Below are positions 35,619-43,735 of a stretch of 43,735 nucleotides of DNA, piece by piece. Under the pieces are notes generated by a model, which saw only the letters and a program-made list of their open reading frames with translations, made no database searches and was not told the origin of the DNA. The stretch is from a virus (lineage: Duplodnaviria; Caudoviricetes), in IMG/VR virus record IMGVR_UViG_3300027874_000019, positions 1-43,735 of that record; one strand, 5' to 3'. Every line of letters starts with the position of its first letter. Positions within the stretch are counted from its first letter, which is position 1. A program made the position numbers and the translations under genes.

Positions 35619-36340
35619 ATGACCCGGGCCATCTTCAAGTTCGGCGGCCACGTCCCCGGTGAGCTGCTGATGTCCAGCGCCCAGGTGGCCACGCTGACCC
35701 GCCCGCAGCGCGAGGCCCGTGTCGGGAAGCTGATCGCTCACTCGGACTACATGCTCGACCAGGCCCTCGACATCGCCGCCTGGCACGGCGGCGCGGCCAC
35801 CCCGCGGCTGGCGGTCGCCAGCGGCTGAAAGAGCACGCGCTGTATGAGATCAGCCGGTGGCTGGTCAAAGACGGCAAGACGCAGCGGGTGATCTTCGTCG
35901 CGGGCCGGCGGCGGGATGAGTCCAAGCGCCGCGCCGACGTGCCCGAGCTGGAGCGCCGCGACTCGATCGTGTGGGTGTCGCCGCTGATCGCCTGGACCAA
36001 GCTGGACCTGAACACCTACCGGCTGATGTGCGGCGACGTGCCGGTGAACGAGGTAGCCGACATCTTGCACATGTCCGGGGAGTGCCTGTGCGGCGCGTTC
36101 GCCGGCTGGGGCGAGCTGGAGAACCTGATGGCCTGGTTCGGCTCCGACCCGGGCATCGCCATCATCGGCCAGCTCGAAGACGAACTCGCCGGCCGCGAGG
36201 ACATCCCGCCGATCCGCCGCAAGTGGGGCTGGGGGATCTACGCCGACAACGCCGCCGAGCTGTTCGCCCGCGCCCGCTCCGGGGCGCTGTGCGGCTGCGC
36301 CCCCCGGATCGAGGAGCAGCTAGCCACCAGGCAGCAGTGA
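35619..36340 (+). pseudogene. Second PAPS-reductase-like gene, internally deleted and frameshifted
   Basis: N-terminal fragment stops at 35828. Another frame reads QRLKEHAL...IFVAGRRRDESKRR...WVSPL..W...HMSGECLCG. The PP-loop and central part are missing. Confidence 0.7.
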
Positions 36341-36375
36341 CCGCAGCCAGCCAGCGACCGCCCGCAGGGCGGTCG

Positions 36376-36924
36376 TCAGAAAGAAGGCGGAGCTGACGGG
36401 TCCGGCGGCAGGCCTGCCGTGGAGTCGGTGCCGCTGTCGGTGACCGTGGTGCCGTCGGTGGCCCCGCCCGCGTCAGGGGTGGTGGTGGTGTCCACCGGGG
36501 TACCGGCGTCCGGCTGCGTGGTCGGGTCCGGTGCCGGGCCGGGGTCGGGCACCGGCTGCGGCAGCGGCTGCGGCTGCACCTGGTTGACCACACCGCCGAG
36601 GGTGGCATCGGCGGCCTGCAGGCCGGCCAGCGCGGTGTTGGCCCCGGTGAAGTCCAGCGGCTGGTTCGCGGCCTGCGCGGCCTGCGCCTGGGTGATCCAC
36701 GCGCTCAGCGTCTGCGCGGCCGAGGACACATGATCGCCTACCGCACTGATCGCAGCGCCCAGGTCGTTGAGTTGCTGCTGCTCGGCAGCGGAATCGGTCA
36801 TGATCAGCTCCTTGATCTCGTTGAGGGCCTGGACAACCACAGCCGGCAGGATGTCGTCAGTGCTGACCAGCGCGGGCGGCTCTACGCCCATGTCCACGAT
36901 CAGGTACCGGCCTGCCACGGGCAC
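36376..36924 (-). CDS. Hypothetical coiled-coil protein with Pro/Thr/Asp-rich tail (start uncertain)
   Basis: High GC3; Gln/Ala helical region followed by a low-complexity tail. Confidence 0.6.
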   Translation of the reverse strand: MPVAGRYLIVDMGVEPPALVSTDDILPAVVVQALNEIKELIMTDSAAEQQQLNDLGAAISAVGDHVSSAAQTLSAWITQAQAAQAANQPLDFTGANTALAGLQAADATLGGVVNQVQPQPLPQPVPDPGPAPDPTTQPDAGTPVDTTTTPDAGGATDGTTVTDSGTDSTAGLPPDPSAPPSF

Positions 36925-37567
36925 CGAACCTAGCAGGTGTCAGCACAGCCGCGCCAGGGAACGGCGGACCCGGAAAACACCGGCAGTGCAGGTGCACCGC
37001 GCCGGGGAAGCCGATCGACGGCATCTGGTCCACCCGGAAGTTGTGCCTGTCCGCGGCCAGGCACTCGGGCGAGGTCCGGCTGTCGACTTTGGTGTACCAG
37101 CCGAGCAGCGCGCCGTAGTCCATCGCCGCGGAGTCGGCCTGGGCAGCGGCCTTCATCCGGTTCCGGCCGGCGTCCAGGTGCTGGCCGTAGTAACGCCGCT
37201 CGGCCGCCATCACGTCGAAGATCTCCCAGGGGTCGGCTCCCCCGGCCGCGATCCGGGCCATCGCCTCGTTGAACCGCCGGGAGCTGGCCACCAGGAACTG
37301 CGCCCGGCGCATCAGGTTCAGCCGGGCCACCTGGGCGGTGGCGGGCCCGTAGAACCCCTCGGCCTCGGGGGGCATGCCCATCACCACGGTCAGCGCGGAA
37401 CGTAGCGCAGCGCGGCGGATGCCGGCGGCGGCGAAGATCGCGCCGAGCACCGCGACCGCACCGGCCACCGTGACCGCCGTGGCTATCGCCGCCGCCGCGG
37501 CCATCGCCAGGTCATACCCGGACGGCTGCTGTGGTGGTGGCTGCTGCGGTGGCGGCGGCTGGGTCAT
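36857..37567 (-). CDS. Head morphogenesis protein, Mu gpF/SPP1 gp7-like (short form)
   Basis: LGW....DSRTSPEC....  and PGAVH.HCRC motifs; downstream of the portal. Confidence 0.85.
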   Translation of the reverse strand: MTQPPPPQQPPPQQPSGYDLAMAAAAAIATAVTVAGAVAVLGAIFAAAGIRRAALRSALTVVMGMPPEAEGFYGPATAQVARLNLMRRAQFLVASSRRFNEAMARIAAGGADPWEIFDVMAAERRYYGQHLDAGRNRMKAAAQADSAAMDYGALLGWYTKVDSRTSPECLAADRHNFRVDQMPSIGFPGAVHLHCRCFPGPPFPGAAVLTPARFGARGRPVPDRGHGRRAARAGQH

Positions 37568-37869
37568 GCGTGCGGGACGTCGGGGGTGTCAGCCCCGGGG
37601 GTCTCAGGCTGCGGCGGCTGTTCACCGAGGGCCGCGTCGGCCACCGACTCGATCGTCTGCGCCAGGTCCGGCCGCGACGTGTGCGGCGCGAAGTAGCCGG
37701 CGACAGCGGCCATGAAGAACGCGATGACCACCGGCAGATTCTGCTTCTGGTCCGCGGTGAGGTTGTCTTTCAGCCACGGGATGATCTGGATCAGCAGGCC
37801 CGTCAGGTAGCCGAACACCAGCGTGGCGACCGGGCTGGCCACCGCCTTCTGCTCGATCGGTGCACTCAT
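37564..37869 (-). CDS. Holin-like two-TM membrane protein
   Basis: MSAPIEQK.. N-terminus, two hydrophobic helices and AGYFAPHTSRP C-terminus, resembling actinophage holins. Confidence 0.6.
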   Translation of the reverse strand: MSAPIEQKAVASPVATLVFGYLTGLLIQIIPWLKDNLTADQKQNLPVVIAFFMAAVAGYFAPHTSRPDLAQTIESVADAALGEQPPQPETPGADTPDVPHA

Positions 37870-39446
37870 GCCATCCTCCCCGGAGGCGGTACTTGCGGCG
37901 GCCCCGGCGGGCGGCCCGGCCCCGGCGCGGCGCGCTGGGCACCGGGCTGCGGCGGCCCGGCCTGGCGGGGCAGGCCGCCGCGCTGGGCGGCCTGCGCGGC
38001 GATGTTGGTGGCCGCGTTCGCCATCCCGTTCAGCGCGCCGAGCTGCCCAGCCGCCTGCTGCGGCATCCCCGGCGGCGCGGAGGCCATGAGCTGCTCGGCC
38101 CGCTGGTTGGCCGAGGAGGTCAGCGCCTGGTGCACCTGGTCGATGTCGAGCTGCAGGATCGAGGCCATCCGCTCGGTGATCAGGTCGAGCACCTGCAGCG
38201 GGATGTGCAGCGCCGGCGCGGCGGCCAGGGTCTGGAACATCGTCAGCAGCGCGGCGATCTGCTCATCCTGCAGCGGGCCGAACTTCCACTTGGGGTACTT
38301 GGCTCCGGTGCCGAAGTTCAGCAGCACCAGCGGCCGGATCACGTCGTGGGTGATCGAGTCCGCGATCTCCTTGGCGACCGCCTGGCGGGATTTGAGGTAG
38401 AAGCTGGACTGGTCCTGGGACAGCGCGTAGGAGCCCCTGCCGCCCGTGGCACTGCCGGTGAGGGCCATGAACCCCGCCAGCACGCTGTGCGTCTGCCAGG
38501 ACTCCAGCCAGGTCATCGCGTCCTTGAAGAACTCCCCGCCCTTCGGGTCGCCCTGGAGCACGTCGAAGGCGTGCTGCCCGGTCTCGGGGTGCACCAGGCC
38601 GACCACCCCGGAGGACTTCAGCGCGGCCACGTCGTCGGCGCGCTGGTTGGCCTCGGGCTGGTCGTTGCCGTACACCAGCACCCGCGGCAGCGCGGTGTTT
38701 TCGAGGAAGTGATACCAGAGAAAGAGCAATTTCATCTTCGTCTGGTAGCACCAATAGCAGATGTCCATTTCGGAAAGGCCGGTCATCGGCTCCCGGTGCT
38801 TTCCGTTGACGTGAATGAACGACCGGATCTCGGGGATGTCAACATAACCAGGCACCTGGTGGTGGCGGTCGGTCTGCACCTGCGCGAGATTGCCGCCGAA
38901 CATCCACACCTGCTGGCGGAACCCGTTCTGCGCCCCGGTGCGCTGGTTGTACCGGGACTGGCAGGTGGCCGGCGGCCGGAACGCGATCTTGTCGTAGATG
39001 ATCTTGCCGTCGTCGTCGCGGATCTTCCAGACCTTCTCGAAGTGCGACTTGCGGAAGATCTGCGCGCTGGTCACCTGGCCGACCAGCTCCTGCGCGGTGG
39101 TCTGCATGCCGCCGTCGGAGTCCGGGGTCATGATCACGGAGTTGACGAACTCGGCCTCACCCTTGTCGCCGTGGGCCGGCTGGATCGAGTAGTCCGCCTC
39201 GCGGATCGGCAGCGTGAGCACCATCTCGACGGCGGAGCAGATCCCGTCGCGGCGGAACATCGCCTTCATGTCCCGGCTGGTCCACTCGCCGTAGTCGAAC
39301 ACGTCGCCCGCGCCGTAGTAGGCGAACAGCCGCTGGCCCATCATGTCGAAGCTGGTGCCCAGCTCGCCGCCGAGCAGGTCACGCCGCTGCTGGGGCCGCA
39401 GGTCGGGGAAGGGCAGCAGCTTGGCCGTATCCGCCCTGGGTGCCAT
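37866..39446 (-). CDS. Portal protein (Mu gp29/DUF935-like)
   Basis: 526 aa after the terminase; M.R.DG....V..L.LPI, FEKVW, GSYALS and I.PLV.LNFG motifs; GGGAGG RBS. Confidence 0.9.
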   Translation of the reverse strand: MAPRADTAKLLPFPDLRPQQRRDLLGGELGTSFDMMGQRLFAYYGAGDVFDYGEWTSRDMKAMFRRDGICSAVEMVLTLPIREADYSIQPAHGDKGEAEFVNSVIMTPDSDGGMQTTAQELVGQVTSAQIFRKSHFEKVWKIRDDDGKIIYDKIAFRPPATCQSRYNQRTGAQNGFRQQVWMFGGNLAQVQTDRHHQVPGYVDIPEIRSFIHVNGKHREPMTGLSEMDICYWCYQTKMKLLFLWYHFLENTALPRVLVYGNDQPEANQRADDVAALKSSGVVGLVHPETGQHAFDVLQGDPKGGEFFKDAMTWLESWQTHSVLAGFMALTGSATGGRGSYALSQDQSSFYLKSRQAVAKEIADSITHDVIRPLVLLNFGTGAKYPKWKFGPLQDEQIAALLTMFQTLAAAPALHIPLQVLDLITERMASILQLDIDQVHQALTSSANQRAEQLMASAPPGMPQQAAGQLGALNGMANAATNIAAQAAQRGGLPRQAGPPQPGAQRAAPGPGRPPGPPQVPPPGRMA

Positions 39447-39507
39447 CGCTCGCCTCCCGCACGGGGCTCCGCGGGGACGGAGAGCGCCTGCTACCCGGTC
39501 AGCGTAG

Positions 39508-39546
39508 CCGCAGCCCCGGCCACCACGGAAGCGGCCGGGGCTGCGG
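39508..39546 (-). terminator. Strong GC hairpin after the secreted-protein gene
   Basis: Perfect 14-bp inverted repeat CCGCAGCCCCGGCC/GGCCGGGGCTGCGG; no U-tract. Confidence 0.55.
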
Positions 39547-39557
39547 TCAGGCGGGGG

Positions 39558-40259
39558 TCAGGGGTAGTTGGGCTCGATCTGCCAGTCCTGGTTCTCCGGG
39601 GCCTGGCCGAGCGAGTCGAGCTGCCCGGTCTGGATGCGGGGCCGCGCGCCGACCAGCGCGCCGTCCTTGACACCGAGCACCTTGAAGATGCCGGTGGCGT
39701 TGGTGCGGCCCACGTTGATCACCGGGAACGAGCCGTTGATCTGGAAGAACGGGCTGGTGACCCACAGCCGGTTCTGGTAAGCCTGGCTGCCGTACACGCC
39801 CGGGAACTGCAGCGAGAGCTGCCCCTTGGCGTTCAGGCCGTAGAAAAGCTGGGCCAGGTGACCGTTGGGCGCGTCCTGCTCGGAGAACACCAGCGTGTCC
39901 CCGAACTGGATGAACTGCAGGTCCACGTTCGGGTCGGTGAACGGGAAGTTGACCGAATTGTCGCAGGCCGGGTCGGGGCAGTTCAGCGTGGTGGTGACGT
40001 TGCCCACCGGGATGAACAGCGAGTCGTCGCCGGCGTCCTGCCCGTTGCGCGGCTCCAGCTTGATCGCGTCCCCGGCGGCGGGATTGCCGATGACCTTCAG
40101 CGTGTCGCCGGGGCCGAGCTGGGTGTTGTAGATGTCGAAGCAGAACGGGTTGACCGCGCAGCCGATCGTGTGGTTGCCGGCGCTGGCCGCGCCGGCGGGC
40201 AGTACCAGCGCCGCGGTGGCGGCCACTGCGGCGAGCACGGCCAGGATGATGCGTTTCAA
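39558..40259 (-). CDS. Secreted protein with Sec signal peptide (moron-like; possibly ricin-type beta-trefoil)
   Basis: TTG 40259 with a GGAGGGGG RBS; MKRIILAVLAAVAATAALVLPAGAASA signal peptide; four Cys; C-terminal NQDW. Confidence 0.75.
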   Translation of the reverse strand: MKRIILAVLAAVAATAALVLPAGAASAGNHTIGCAVNPFCFDIYNTQLGPGDTLKVIGNPAAGDAIKLEPRNGQDAGDDSLFIPVGNVTTTLNCPDPACDNSVNFPFTDPNVDLQFIQFGDTLVFSEQDAPNGHLAQLFYGLNAKGQLSLQFPGVYGSQAYQNRLWVTSPFFQINGSFPVINVGRTNATGIFKVLGVKDGALVGARPRIQTGQLDSLGQAPENQDWQIEPNYP

Positions 40260-40345
40260 GGGGTTCCCCCTCCGGTAGGTGGCGGAGGACCGGCCCCCGC
40301 TTTCCGGCGGAATCTTGCCGCATCGGAGCGCGGCGCACCAGTGTG

Positions 40346-41977
40346 TTACCGCCACGTCTTGACGTTGCCCCGCTGGCCGCCCCGGGCGGCCTGGTGGTCG
40401 TCCTGCGGGCCGAAGTCCGCGAGATCCCAGCGCCGCCCGGCGTAGTGGCCACCGTGCGCCGAGGCCAGCTTGCGGCGCAGCCGCGAGTCCGGCGGCTGGC
40501 CCGCGGCCTCCAGGTCCGAGGCCGCCGCCCAGTTCCGCGGCTGGGCGTGCGCCGGCGGGCCGAACACCTTCCGCAGGTGCGGCGTCAGCGCCCACACCAG
40601 GGAGTCGAGCCGGTCGGGGGACCGCTCCCCGGCCGCGCCGGTGAACGTCGCCTGCTGGTCCTCCAGCTCGGGCATGTTCGGGTCGGGGATGCGGTGCCCG
40701 TCCCGCTCGGTGGGGATGTGGCAGTGCCGGACCATCCCGCCGCCCGCCTCATACAGCGCCGACACCGGCTCGGCGCGGGTCCGCTTGGCCTGGGAGGCGT
40801 GGATCACCCGGTACCGGACGGTGACCCGCATCTGCTTGACCACCTGGTCGAAGGTCGCCTTCAGCCACGCGCCGCCGTGGTTCTTCTCGATGATCAGCTC
40901 GACGGGGCAGCCGGGGAACGCGGTCTCCAGCTCCTTGGCCCGGCGGATCACCCGCTTGGCGAACGGCACCGGGGCTTCCTGGCCGCCCCAGTTCTCCATC
41001 ACCCACAGCGGCCAGGCGTCCATCGGCATGCCCAGGCCGGCGACCGTGTAGGCCTGCTCGTCGGAGGTCTCGCCGCCGTCGGAGGGGTCCACACCGATGG
41101 TGATCATCCGCAGCGCGGCCGGCCAGTACGCCACCCGGATCGAGTCGAGCAGGTCCCGGGTCCACAGCGCGTTGGCGACGTCGTCCAGCAGCTCGCCTTC
41201 GAGTTCCTGGCGTTCCAGCCGGGTGCCCTGCGCCGCGCCGACCACCGCCCGCAGGAACTCATCGGAGAGGTTGTCCGCGTTGTCGACGGTGCGGAGCCGG
41301 CGGACGATCACCCCGCCCTCGCCGGGGTCGTTGCGGATCATCCGCCGGACCAGCTTGCGCGCCGGGCGGGCGGCCTTCGGCGTGCCGGTGGCGATGATCT
41401 TGGAGATGCCGTCGCGCACCGCGTAGCGCAGCGACTCGTCCCACGCGGTCTCCCACTTCTCCCACAGGCCGATCTCGTCGCACCAGGCCCCCTTCAGGTT
41501 GCGGCCCTGGATGCGCAGCCCGCCCTCGGCCGCGGAGTCGATGTAGATCACGATCCCGTTGTGCAGCACCACCTGGCCGTAGGTCCGCCAGGCGGAGCGG
41601 ACGGTCTTGGACCGGTGGTCCTTGATCTCGGCCATCGTGGTCCCCAGCGCCCGCAGGATGCCCGCCTTGCCCTCGACGCACTTGGTCCAGGCGTCGGCGT
41701 AGGTCGGCGCGATAATGCCGTACTCGCCTTCGCCCTCGGTGTCATCGAGGACCCACTCGGCCAGGCCCTGGGAGCCGGCGCGGGTCTTGCCGGACCCCCG
41801 GCCGCCCTGGAAGTAGACCACCCGCCACGGGTCGGAGACCGGCGGCAGCAACTGCTCGGGGCGGGCCTTGCGGCCGGCCTTGTCGCCCAGCCGCCACACC
41901 AGCCGCGGGTCGGTGTACCCGCCCGCCCCGCGCCCGGCGTACACCCGGGTCAGCAGGGCGGGGGGCCTACGGGCCAT
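40346..41977 (-). CDS. terL: Terminase large subunit
   Basis: Walker A GGRGSGKT, Walker B AWCDE, ATGTP coupling motif, QELEGE, nuclease IGVDPS and SPDRLDSLVWAL. Confidence 0.95.
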   Translation of the reverse strand: MARRPPALLTRVYAGRGAGGYTDPRLVWRLGDKAGRKARPEQLLPPVSDPWRVVYFQGGRGSGKTRAGSQGLAEWVLDDTEGEGEYGIIAPTYADAWTKCVEGKAGILRALGTTMAEIKDHRSKTVRSAWRTYGQVVLHNGIVIYIDSAAEGGLRIQGRNLKGAWCDEIGLWEKWETAWDESLRYAVRDGISKIIATGTPKAARPARKLVRRMIRNDPGEGGVIVRRLRTVDNADNLSDEFLRAVVGAAQGTRLERQELEGELLDDVANALWTRDLLDSIRVAYWPAALRMITIGVDPSDGGETSDEQAYTVAGLGMPMDAWPLWVMENWGGQEAPVPFAKRVIRRAKELETAFPGCPVELIIEKNHGGAWLKATFDQVVKQMRVTVRYRVIHASQAKRTRAEPVSALYEAGGGMVRHCHIPTERDGHRIPDPNMPELEDQQATFTGAAGERSPDRLDSLVWALTPHLRKVFGPPAHAQPRNWAAASDLEAAGQPPDSRLRRKLASAHGGHYAGRRWDLADFGPQDDHQAARGGQRGNVKTWR

Positions 41978-42209
41978 CGTCGTGCCAGACGATCTTGCTG
42001 CCGTACTCCGGGTGGCCGTGGACGGCCAGCATCTCGGCCATCGAGGCCCACACGCTGTGCGACCGGTGCTCGGTCAGCCAGCGCAGGCACACCGTGCCGT
42101 CGGAGAACTCCACGCCCTCGAACTGCGGCAGCTCGGGCGGGTTGGCATAGCCGCCCTCGACGTAGCCCGCCGGGGGCTCGGCACGGTAGGCGGTGAACCG
42201 GCGGCTCAT
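41967..42209 (-). CDS. Hypothetical phage protein (EGVEFSDG..LRW...VHGH)
   Basis: TGATG coupling; globular 80 aa. Confidence 0.75.
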   Translation of the reverse strand: MSRRFTAYRAEPPAGYVEGGYANPPELPQFEGVEFSDGTVCLRWLTEHRSHSVWASMAEMLAVHGHPEYGSKIVWHDDGP

Positions 42210-42934
42210 CAGCCCGCCCTGGCCAGCTCGGCCGCCAGTTCCTGCCGGGCCTCCTCCTGCTCGACCAGGCCCAGGCCGCGCTTGGCCAGGACCACGTCCA
42301 GGGCCCGCTCGATCAGCCGCACCTGGTCGGCCTCGATCTTCACCAGTTGCTGGGCGATGCCCAGCTTGGCGATCTTCACCAGCAGGCTCGCCAGCCGCTC
42401 GATCGCCCGCTCGTAGATCAGCACTTCGGCGCGCAACTGCTCACCGACCCGGTCGTGGGCATACCGGACCCGGTCCCTGGACAGCAGGTAGGCGACGATC
42501 TCCTGCATGATCTTCTTCCACTCGGCCATCTCCCCCGCGAGGGCCAGCAGCTCGGACAGGGGGTTGCCGACCGGGGACGGCTCCAGCAGCCGGTCCCCGT
42601 GGGAGGACATGATCTCGGTGATCCGGTCGGCCACCCGGCCCTCGACCACGTTGCTGGCGGCCTGCTTGGACAGGAAGCTGCCCTGGTGCGCGCCGTGGTC
42701 CTTGCACCGCGGCGGGTTGCTGCCCTTCACCCCCCGGATACGGCAGGCGTCCGGCTGGCCGAACCGCGTCCGGCAGCGGCGGTAGCCGGTCACCTGCTCG
42801 GCCTCATCGAGGAGGTCGTCGGGCACATGCAGCACGCACGCGCCCAGGCCGTCGACCTCGTGGTTGCCGCACGGCCCGCCGGTGCGGGCCGGGGAGCCGC
42901 ACAGCAGCGGCCCCTCACCCTTGCGCTGCATCAT
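42209..42934 (-). CDS. Putative terminase small subunit with two Cys/His (HGGxSTG-like) zinc-binding repeats
   Basis: CG...R.G.PC.......G.C..H and C...C...C..HG followed by a helical oligomerisation-like region; GAGGAGG RBS; upstream of terL. Confidence 0.6.
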   Translation of the reverse strand: MMQRKGEGPLLCGSPARTGGPCGNHEVDGLGACVLHVPDDLLDEAEQVTGYRRCRTRFGQPDACRIRGVKGSNPPRCKDHGAHQGSFLSKQAASNVVEGRVADRITEIMSSHGDRLLEPSPVGNPLSELLALAGEMAEWKKIMQEIVAYLLSRDRVRYAHDRVGEQLRAEVLIYERAIERLASLLVKIAKLGIAQQLVKIEADQVRLIERALDVVLAKRGLGLVEQEEARQELAAELARAG

Positions 42935-42949
42935 GCCTCCTCGCGGGGG

Positions 42950-43002
42950 TAGAGGACGGCCCGGCTCCAGTCCCCGCTGTTCCAGCGCCGGGCCGTCCCC
43001 TA
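42950..43002 (-). terminator. Inverted repeat upstream of the putative small terminase
   Basis: 12-bp perfect arms GGACGGCCCGGC/GCCGGGCCGTCC, extendable to 16 bp with one G-U pair on the minus strand. Confidence 0.4.
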
Positions 43003-43170
43003 GTCGGGGGCGGCGTCAGCGGCCATCTGCGCCGCCTGCTCGGCGGCGGCCTGCCGCATCGCCGCGGGGGCGAACCGGCCGACGTCGGAAATACCGGCCT
43101 GCGCCATCCCGGCGATGTAGGTGAGGGCCTTCGCGGGGTCGGCCTCGGGGTCGGTGGCCGCCGCGTAGAT
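43000..43170 (-). CDS. C-terminal fragment of a phage hypothetical protein (IYAAATDPEADP...)
   Basis: High-GC phage-like codons ending in TAG; 5' part replaced by foreign sequence. Confidence 0.45.
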   Translation of the reverse strand: MYAAATDPEADPAKALTYIAGMAQAGISDVGRFAPAAMRQAAAEQAAQMAADAAPD

Positions 43171-43400
43171 CAACTGCAGCAGCGCCGCGTCTCGGTAAGG
43201 CCCGGGTACCTTCACTAAATCATCATGGGCGCCGCTTTGAACCAGCCTGCCCTTCGACAACACTAGAATCACATCTGCCCGTCTCAAAAGGCTAAGTCGA
43301 TTGGCGACCACAAAGGTCGTCCGGCCTGCCATCGCCTGGCGCAATGCGGAAACAATTTCGTGTTCGGTCTTGGGATCCACCGAAGCGGTTGGATCATCTC
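43170..43400 (-). pseudogene. Fragment of a bacterial ABC transporter ATP-binding domain (C-terminal part)
   Basis: DDPTASVD (Walker B/D-loop), GRTTFVVANRLS..RRAD.ILVL..GRLVQ.G.H..L; lower GC than the phage. Confidence 0.75.
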
Positions 43401-43531
43401 GTGCGAGGACTAGACTGCGAAAAAAGAAGCAGCTTTTGCCTCTTCCGCAGCTCTGGTCTCGCACCCGGATTGCCCTGGGAAGAGAGTTCTCATTGCTTCT
43501 CATTGCGAGCTCCGACTCGGAACCAGTTCCA

Positions 43532-43735
43532 ATGACGCACAGAATCGACGTTTCGGAAAATCCGTTTTCGAACTGGCCGTTGTTCGAGCAGCAGCTTCGC
43601 GAAAAGCTCGACACAAAGCTCGATCCGGATGCGGTGGCCAGGGTGATGGCGAGAACGCAGCGTGCGTACGCCGCTCTGCAGCTGCCATGTCTGGTCGGCA
43701 CGCTCGACCTGGACACTGCGGCCAAGGTGATGCGG
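43532..43735 (+). CDS. Partial hypothetical protein (MTHRIDVSENPFSNW...), non-phage composition
   Basis: Open frame from ATG 43532 to the window end. Confidence 0.35.
   Translation, partial: MTHRIDVSENPFSNWPLFEQQLREKLDTKLDPDAVARVMARTQRAYAALQLPCLVGTLDLDTAAKVMR

Larger units (their letters stand above)
1..43170 (-). mobile_element. Siphovirus-like actinobacteriophage/prophage structural and lysis region
   Basis: Co-oriented, tightly packed minus-strand genes (many ATGA/GTGA overlaps) in canonical order: terminase, portal, gpF, protease, capsid, connectors, tail tube, chaperones, tape measure, tail tip, lysis. Very high GC with GGAGG RBSs. No sheath gene seen. No integrase in the window, so free phage versus prophage is unresolved. 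Confidence 0.95.

Noticed and set aside
34901-36340. A complete Dnd phosphorothioation or sulfate-assimilation pathway
   Set aside because: Only PP-loop family genes are present; no DndA/B/D/E, Ssp or cys partners are visible in the window.
43000-43725. 241-aa ORF as a single phage-encoded ABC transporter gene
   Set aside because: It spans three compositionally different pieces, lacks Walker A and the signature motif, and its N-terminal third is not protein-like; treated as a chimera.
1-43735. tRNA/rRNA genes, integrase, att sites or stop-codon reassignment
   Set aside because: No cloverleaf or rRNA-like segment was recognised in the short intergenic gaps, no recombinase is present, and core genes are intact under the standard code. 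A tRNAscan/Infernal run would be needed to exclude small RNAs fully.

Overview
High-GC (actinobacterial-type) tailed-phage or prophage DNA. The window covers almost the whole virion morphogenesis and lysis region, read on the minus strand from right to left. Gene order: putative small terminase (42.2-42.9 kb), large terminase, a secreted moron-like gene, portal, a displaced holin-like gene, and a Mu gpF-like head morphogenesis protein. An unusually long accessory head region (~25.2-36.9 kb) follows, then a Mu gpI-like protease/scaffold, decoration protein, major capsid, head-tail connectors, tail tube, frameshifted tail chaperones, tape measure (NlpC/P60 and SLT domains), Dit and minor tail proteins, an Ala-rich repeat protein, tail fibre, membrane proteins and a DUF1906-type endolysin. 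The most striking feature is four modular ORFs between gpF and the prohead protease. Their unrelated domains include an HhH-glycosylase-like domain, a HipA/PI4K-like kinase, a TM hairpin and a histone-like basic segment. These domains are separated at least 10 times by one grammar: a (I/V/L)-(E/D)-L-x site followed by either a VGP(K/H)GY(I/S/V)HGW tag or a NP..PRD..GRW-type tag. Similar sites occur in the protease/scaffold itself. This suggests protease-processed, capsid-loaded cargo polyproteins, two of which may be joined by a -1 frameshift. An inverted PAPS-reductase-like pair (one copy internally deleted) sits in the same region. The last ~560 bp are non-phage and look chimeric. All family assignments come from motif recognition and synteny by eye; no database searches were run.
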